Positions 29,169 to 34,983 of a stretch of DNA of 64,000 nt are shown piece after piece. Where the stretch lies: positions 94,497-158,496 of the forward strand of contig CAWJHU010000001.1 of the NCBI GenBank assembly GCA_963842815.1, given 5' to 3'. How positions within the stretch are numbered: the first letter of the stretch is position 1; every line of letters starts with the position of its first letter. A program made the position numbers and the translations under genes. The notes beneath the pieces are model-generated. The model had not been told where the DNA came from. It saw only the letters and a program-made list of their open reading frames with translations, and searched no databases. This stretch comes from Candidatus Nomurabacteria bacterium. GTDB lineage: Bacteria > Patescibacteriota > Minisyncoccia > Phycocordibacterales > UBA9973.

Positions 29169-29954
29169 TTAAAAACCGAACAAATGCGAGAAGAAGGAAC
29201 CGATTGTGCCGAAGAATCCTTTGTGTTCTCCATTATTTGTTCCCGATGTTGCAACCGGCTTGGTTTGGTCAATGATGCTTGAAGCTGTTACTGAAGTGCC
29301 ATTAATTGCCCCTTGGACAACTATGTTGTCCCCTACTTTAACATTGGAAATTGTGGCGCTTGTTACCCCTATTACAACAAACTTAGCGCTTGAAACATCT
29401 ACCGCATAGGTGATATTGCTTTTATTTGTGATGGTAATAGTGTTTCCATTTATTGCAGTTATGCTTCCTGCAATCACCGGTTGTCCATTGCCAACAATTG
29501 TGGAAAGGTCTTGATTTGGTTTGTCGGTATTATCCGGTTTCTTCATATTGCCCGAAGCGCCATTCATAACGCCATCACGAATTGTCGTGGCCACAATATT
29601 TGTGCCGGTCATTGTCCCTTGCACAGCAATCGTATCTCCTACAACTATACTTGCGATAGTTCCCGCAGCATTATTTTTTGTAATTTTTGCGTTGGTTGTA
29701 TCCACCGTATATGTGGCAGTAGTTGAATTTGCGCCGAAGCCTTGTCTGCCAGCCATGGTTATAATGTTGCCACTTACGGCTGAAACTGTGCCAAACACGG
29801 AAGGCTTCATTGTTCCCCGGCCATGCATTCTTCCGTTAAAAGAAGCGTTATTGCCTGGCTGATTGTCCTCCTGGGCGGAAACAGAAACTGCCCCAGCCAA
29901 GGTTGCTATGGCTATTAAAGCTATTAAGGTATAAACATATTTCTTATTTTTCAT
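29169..29954 (-). CDS. secreted DUF5666-like tandem OB-fold protein
   Basis: Signal peptide; two repeats G.V.A..G..IT....VD...A......VGD.I.VQG. Confidence 0.75.
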   Translation of the reverse strand: MKNKKYVYTLIALIAIATLAGAVSVSAQEDNQPGNNASFNGRMHGRGTMKPSVFGTVSAVSGNIITMAGRQGFGANSTTATYTVDTTNAKITKNNAAGTIASIVVGDTIAVQGTMTGTNIVATTIRDGVMNGASGNMKKPDNTDKPNQDLSTIVGNGQPVIAGSITAINGNTITITNKSNITYAVDVSSAKFVVIGVTSATISNVKVGDNIVVQGAINGTSVTASSIIDQTKPVATSGTNNGEHKGFFGTIGSFFSHLFGF

Positions 29955-30015
29955 ATATTTTTTTATTAACTAATAATATTGATACAAAATATAGCATATT
30001 CTGTATGTACGGATA

Positions 30016-30044
30016 TATACGTTAAATGGGGCTAAAATGGTGCA
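30016..30044 (-). promoter_or_regulatory. ECF sigma-type promoter
   Basis: TGCACC-17-CGTATA, same boxes as 42837-42864. Confidence 0.6.
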
Positions 30045-30088
30045 TAAAAATGTGGATTAAAAACAAATACTGAGGTATAATTAAATTA

Positions 30089-30556
30089 ATGGATCCGAAC
30101 AAAAAATTGGAATGGACTGCATTAGAATACGAGGAAAAGGAACGAGGAAATGATTGGTTCTGGGCGCTCGGCGTTATCGTAGTGGCAGGTTCTGTCGCTT
30201 CATTTATTTACAGCAATTATTTTTTCGGCTTGCTTTTAATCATCGGTGGAATATTGCTTGGGACTTTTGCCGTTAAAAAACCGGATTTGGTTTTTTACGA
30301 ACTGAATGAAAAAGGATTAAAAATAAAAAACCGCCTCTACCCCTACGAAAATATAAAAGCTTTTTGGATAAAGGAAATGGGAGAAAAGCCCGTGCTTTTC
30401 ATAAAATCGGAAAGATTATTTATGCCCATAATCTCCATGCCCATAAAACAAAATCTGGCGGGAGAAATAAAAAATCTGATGCTAAAAAACGATGTCTCGG
30501 AAGAAGAAATGAAAGAACACGTATCCGAAAAAATAATGGATTCTCTGGGCTTCTGA
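30089..30556 (+). CDS. conserved CPR-type membrane hypothetical protein
   Basis: W.A.EY..KER..DW, 2 TM, PH-like C-terminus. Confidence 0.75.
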   Translation: MDPNKKLEWTALEYEEKERGNDWFWALGVIVVAGSVASFIYSNYFFGLLLIIGGILLGTFAVKKPDLVFYELNEKGLKIKNRLYPYENIKAFWIKEMGEKPVLFIKSERLFMPIISMPIKQNLAGEIKNLMLKNDVSEEEMKEHVSEKIMDSLGF

Positions 30557-30604
30557 TTTGAGTTTTTTAATAAAAACTGTTAGTCTTCAATTGCGGAAAA
30601 TAAC

Positions 30605-30679
30605 GCCCTCATAGTTTAATGGATAGAATGCGAGCTTGCGGAGTTTGCGATGTAGGTTCGATTCCTACTGAGGGCACCA
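30605..30679 (+). tRNA. tRNA-Arg(GCG)
   Basis: GCCCTCA...CGAGC TT GCG GA GTTTG...GGTTCGATTCC...TGAGGGC ACCA. Confidence 0.93.
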
Positions 30680-32215
30680 TTAGGGAACTCATCGGTTTTT
30701 TGGAAGCCAAAATGCGGGACGCGCGAAGCGCGTCCCAAGGATTCCCGCCGAATTCCCCCAACGAATTCAGAATTTTTGGCGCGCTGGCGCGCACTGTTTT
30801 TTCGCCAAGAAGCAGGTTCGAGCCAAAGATTTCTTTGGCTACAGACCTTTTTAGCAAAAAGGTCGGAATCAGAATGCAATTTTGTCCAATGCTTGTGCGT
30901 CTTTTACCCAGTTTTGGAAAGGTTCGAGCCAATCATTTTGCTTGTGTGAAAGAGAAGTCATTTCTTCTTCGAGCGACTTCTTTTGCAAAAGTAGTTTTCC
31001 TTTTTCAGAACGATAAATTTCTTTTTCAATATCTTGGTCAAGATATCCAGTAAGAAGTCGCTCTAATTTTTTTGAAATGAAGATATTTTTTCTTCTTTCT
31101 CTTTCACACAAGCAGTCAAAGACTGGGCGGAATTTTTGTGGTCTTTTTCTGCCATTTTCAATAATTCCTCCGCCCAGTCTTTGGGCAAAGAAACTTTTTG
31201 AATGAGTGATGATAACTGATTATCTAATTTTTCTTGGCGAATACAAGGTTCGGGACACTTCAAACTTTTAGTTTTTCTTCGTGCAGTGATAATAAACATA
31301 TTCGTGAACATTTCCATTTTTCTGTTTCTTCACCTTGTATTCGCCAGTTATCATCATTCCGCATGAAGCACAGGAAATAAGTCCGCAAAAAGGTTGAGGT
31401 TCATTTTTTGGTTTTCGTTCAGGTTGTACCACGTTGTTTCAACATTTCCTGTGCTTCATCAAAAAGTTTCTTTGAAATGATTGGCTCGTGCTTTCCTTCG
31501 TGGAGTTCACCACCATATTTAAATAATCCGATGTAAAAAGGATTTGAAAGAATAAAAGACGCTCTGGTTTTGTGAGATTCTCTTTCCGGTTCTTGAATAT
31601 AATGCCGGTTTTCGCCAAAAAGTTTGAAATATCTTCCAGCCGTATGATTTCCTTTCACGTATTTTCAAAAGCCAAGCGGATAATTTTAGATTTCTTTTTA
31701 TCAACCACAATATGTTTTTGTTCTGCGAATCGTTTAAATATCCCACTGGCGCTTGGCTTGGAAATATTCCCATTTCTAACTTTTTGGCGAAGTCCGCGTT
31801 TCGTATTTTCGGAAAGAGAATCTACATAGTATTTGCTTTGTCCGAAAGCCATATTCAACATAAATTTTCCTTGTGATGTGTTATCACACCAAAATGTTGG
31901 AAATTTTAGGCTCGCAAGTTTCCCTGTGTCGAGGAGATAAATAACTTTGACCTCCGTCCACCGAATTGCGGGCAAGACGATCGGGATTCCATGCGAGAAT
32001 GTTTCCGCCGAATTTTTCAATCTCATCTCATCATTTTATTAAAAATCGGACGACCTGGAATTTTCGCAGATTGTTTTTCAATACTATTCGGCGGAAATTT
32101 CAATATTTTCTCGCTTGGCATACTCCCGCAATTCGGTGAGTTGCGCGTCAATACTTAAAACTTGTTTATCCTCGACATCAGTGGACTTGCGAGCATACAA
32201 AAAGAATTTTTGCAT
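30609..32215 (-). pseudogene. large serine recombinase, multiply frameshifted in this sequence
   Basis: ATG at 32215 MQKFFLYARKSTDVEDKQVLSI; fragments GKFMLNMAFGQSKYYVDSLSENTKRG, APVGYLND, ILSNPFYIG..GKHEPIIS; 3' end reads antisense into the tRNA. Confidence 0.9.
30675..30884 (+). repeat. arm A copy 1 (inverted repeat with 32394-32558)
   Basis: 4 substitutions plus a 45-bp indel (30822-30866) versus copy 2, aligned by eye. Confidence 0.95.
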
Positions 32216-32230
32216 ATATTTTTTTATAAA

Positions 32231-32332
32231 GCAGAAATGGCTACTCTAGTGTTGAAACCTTAACGAAAAGTTAAGATAGCTAGAATAGCCATTTCTGCTA
32301 ACTTTTCTAATAATCGGTTTCAACATTTCTAG
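32231..32332 (-). promoter_or_regulatory. structured leader/attenuator of the recombinase gene
   Basis: GCAGAAATGGCTATTCTAG/CTAGAGTAGCCATTTCTGC stem plus TTT, crossed by TGTTGAAACC/GGTTTCAACA. Confidence 0.65.
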
Positions 32333-32393
32333 TATACCAAAAAATATTTTATATCAAAAATTCTTTTTGTATTTTCTGACAAAGCAAATTCGT

Positions 32394-32558
32394 CAAAATT
32401 GCATTCTGATTTCGAACCTGCTTCTTGGCGAAAAAATAGTGCGCACCAGCGCGCCAAAAATTCTGAATTCGTTGGGGAAATTCGGCGGGAATCCTTGGGA
32501 CGCGCTTCGCGCGTCCCGCATTTTGGCTTCCAAAAAACCGATGAGTTCCCTTATGGTG
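32394..32558 (-). repeat. arm A copy 2 (inverted)
   Basis: Reverse complement matches 30675-30884. Confidence 0.95.
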
Positions 32559-32873
32559 TCTCTATTGTACCAAGTTAGAACCTATTTTCAAAACAAAGTA
32601 TCCTAGCGTTCCCCCGCGTGCTAAAGCACCTCTGTGCAGAAGCACAGAGCTTTCTCAAAGAGAAAGTGCGGGGAAAACGCTGAACGGCTCAAATACTGGG
32701 AAATGAGCCGTTCAAGAAAAAATGGACTCGGTTTTGCGAAACAATTTTGCGGGAGGAAGGATTCGCAAAACCGAGACTAAAGTTTTTTGAAATTCGGCGG
32801 GATTCGGGTTTCCGCCCCGCAGGAGGGTGCGGGAGGAATGCGGGGCGGGCATTTTGGATTTTTGGGCGGGCAA
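32556..32873 (+). repeat. arm B copy 1 (inverted repeat with 34644-34960), hairpin-rich
   Basis: ~317 bp, about 14 differences versus copy 2, aligned by eye. Confidence 0.95.
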
Positions 32874-32909
32874 GTAGAAAAAGAAATACAAAAATGGTAA
32901 AATCTTTCT

Positions 32910-33299
32910 ATGAAAGATTTTGATCAATGGAATGAGCTAAAAAAGAAAATTGAAGCCGAGAAAAATAATCCTGAAAAATTTCCCAAAGAGGGAGAAGTTT
33001 GGATGAGTAATGTTGGCAAAAATATTGGCTTTGAACAAAATGGAAGCGGAGATAATTTTTCTCGTCCTGTTTTAATTGTGAAGAAATTTAACAATCATAT
33101 GTTTTGGGCTATATCACTTTCTACCAAACAAAAAGATTTTGATTTTTATTTCAATTTTACTGATTCAAATAATCAAAAAGTTTCCGCTATTTTGGCACAA
33201 ATGAAATTGATTAGTGTTAAAAGATTGAAAAGAAAACTTTATGATATTCCAAATGAACTTTTTGATGAAATGAAACAAAAATTAAAATCTTTTCTCTAG
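32910..33299 (+). CDS. PemK/MazF-family toxin (no protein antitoxin adjacent)
   Basis: KEGEVW..NVGKNIGFEQNG..RPVLIVKK..SLST..Q MKLISVKRL. Confidence 0.9.
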   Translation: MKDFDQWNELKKKIEAEKNNPEKFPKEGEVWMSNVGKNIGFEQNGSGDNFSRPVLIVKKFNNHMFWAISLSTKQKDFDFYFNFTDSNNQKVSAILAQMKLISVKRLKRKLYDIPNELFDEMKQKLKSFL

Positions 33300-33353
33300 A
33301 AACTCGAAACCCCGCTTTTGGCGGGGTTTCTCGGAGCCTTTCGGCACTTTGTA
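33300..33353 (-). ncRNA. candidate small RNA convergent with the toxin gene
   Basis: Minus-strand promoter TTGACT-16-TATACT (33386-33359); GCC GAAA GGC hairpin then GAAACCCCGC CAAAA GCGGGGTTTC terminator. Confidence 0.6.
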
Positions 33354-33461
33354 TACTAAGTATAGCAAGCCAATAGACAAAGTCAAGCGAAATTTTTGAA
33401 TTACTAAAAGCTTGGCTTTTTGGCTTGTTTTTTATATAATAAAAGCACAATTTAATATGAA

Positions 33462-33605
33462 GACCTAACCCTTTGTTTTTTCATTGGCATGGTCAAAGAA
33501 ACTCGCTACAAGATAAAAAACTCCTCGTCAGAGTACTTGTAGCGAGTCATAGCTGGAAACGGCTGTGGGTAGTCTTTGGACTATCGGCTGGCGGGGATTT
33601 TTGTC
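33462..33605 (+). ncRNA. structured leader RNA, copy 2 (same architecture as 13126-13267)
   Basis: P1 ACTCGCTACAAG/CTTGTAGCGAGT, crossing helix TCCTCGTCAG/CTGGCGGGGA, CATAGCTG GAAA CGGCTGTG, GGTAGTC TTTG GACTATC; promoter TTGGCT-17-TATAAT at 33412-33440. Confidence 0.75.
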
Positions 33606-33644
33606 AAAGTTTTCTTCTAGTTAAAATAAAAATCTCGCTACAAT

Positions 33645-34625
33645 ATGAAAAATAAATTTTTAAATTATTGTCTCATTTTTTCCTTAATATTGGTTGGTTA
33701 TTTTTTCTTTATTTCTAAAACATCAGCCGAAGAATCATGCACAGTACAGAATGCAAGTTTTTCACCCAGTGGAACTTTGCCAGATTTCTTAAATTCGGGT
33801 GGTAATATCAGTATTAATGTTGAAACTAATAACTGTGCTGGAAAAACAATTTTACTCACAGTTTTTGGAACACATGAACATTGGATCGGGCAAACTTCAC
33901 TTGCGGGGCAACTAACATCACCACTTGATGTTTCCGGTTTGCATAATAAACCTATTACTGTTCCAAACTCTGAAAACTTTAAAATTGATTTAATTGCAAA
34001 TGAGGAATCTTGTATAGGCCGTAATTCTTTTGTTAGTACATTGGGTGGACAAGCAATATATGCCACTTATGACTGTGCCTATTATTTTGAATTTGGTGGA
34101 GCAACAAATTTTAGTTCAATATCTTTTCCAAGTGGTGGAATAATTTATAACTGTAACGGTGAATGTGAAGATCAACAAAAACCTTGGAGTTTTATTTCAA
34201 TGACTGAACTTACAGCAGGTGGTGGAGGTGGTGGAGGACAAGGAGGTGGTGGTTCAGGTGGAGGTGGAGGAAGTGGTGGTGGAAATTATACTCCACCAGA
34301 ACCTGTTGATCTTTCAACAAGCGGAGGAGGTTTAAGTGCGGCTTGTCCAAAAACTGGATGTGGATTTAATGAATTAATGGAAATGGTTAATAAAGTTATT
34401 CACTTCATACTTTTTGATTTAGCTATGCCAATCGCGGCTATAATATTTGCATATGTAGGATTTTTACTTATTACAAGCGGAGGTAATCCAGAAACAAAAA
34501 ACAAAGCCAAGAAAATTTTTTGGAATGTATTTATTGGATTTGTTATTGCTTTAGCCGCTTGGTTGATTGTTAAAACAATTCTTTCAACTTTAGGATATAC
34601 TGGCACATCTTTTTTGGCTGATTAA
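33645..34625 (+). CDS. VirB2/TrbC-type (CPR) pilin with Cys-rich N-terminal domain and Gly linker
   Basis: Signal peptide; poly-Gly linker; C-terminal CGFNELM..IAAIIFAYVGFLLITSGGNP..AK....IGFVIALAAWLIV. Confidence 0.85.
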   Translation: MKNKFLNYCLIFSLILVGYFFFISKTSAEESCTVQNASFSPSGTLPDFLNSGGNISINVETNNCAGKTILLTVFGTHEHWIGQTSLAGQLTSPLDVSGLHNKPITVPNSENFKIDLIANEESCIGRNSFVSTLGGQAIYATYDCAYYFEFGGATNFSSISFPSGGIIYNCNGECEDQQKPWSFISMTELTAGGGGGGGQGGGGSGGGGGSGGGNYTPPEPVDLSTSGGGLSAACPKTGCGFNELMEMVNKVIHFILFDLAMPIAAIIFAYVGFLLITSGGNPETKNKAKKIFWNVFIGFVIALAAWLIVKTILSTLGYTGTSFLAD

Positions 34626-34643
34626 AATAATTTTAATCTTTTG

Positions 34644-34960
34644 TTGCCCGCCCAAAAATCCAAAATTCTCGCCCCGCATTCCTCCCGCACCCTCCTGCGG
34701 GGCGGAAACCCAAATCCCGCAGAATTTCAAAAATCTTTAGTCTCGGTTTTGCGAATCCTCCCTCCCGTAATATTGTTTCGCAAAACCGAGTCCATTTTTT
34801 CTTGAACGGCTCATTTCCCACCATTTGAGTCGTTCGGCGTTTCCCCGCACTTTCTCTTTGAGAAAGCTCTGTGCTACTGCACAGAGGTGCTTTAGCACGC
34901 GGGGGAACGCTAGGATACTTTGTTTTGAAAATAGGTTCTAACTTGGTACAATAGAGACAC
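34644..34960 (-). repeat. arm B copy 2 (inverted), ends at attR
   Basis: Reverse complement matches 32556-32873; identity stops exactly after CAC. Confidence 0.95.
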
Positions 34961-34983
34961 AATTTGAAAATTAATTTCTATTT

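Larger units (their letters stand above)
30675..34960. mobile_element. tRNA-Arg(GCG)-integrated serine recombinase element with internal inverted attP
   Basis: attL gagggCAC|cattaggg (30675), attR atagagaCAC|aatttg (34958-34960), internal junction at 32556-32558 whose reverse complement reads atagagaCACcataaggg. Confidence 0.85.

Noticed and set aside
30609-31053. Overlapping ORFs 30616-30879 (-) and 30619-31053 (+) as separate genes
   Set aside because: Alternative frames of the broken recombinase and tRNA region
34218-34282. GGT/GGA run as a DNA repeat element
   Set aside because: In-frame poly-Gly linker of the pilin
32556-34960. IS/MITE or composite transposon explanation for the inverted repeats
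   Set aside because: No transposase or target-site duplication; repeat ends coincide exactly with the recombinase CAC core
32712-34962. ORFs 32712-32927 and 34633-34962 as proteins
   Set aside because: Lie within GC-rich hairpin arm B; frame not conserved between the two copies
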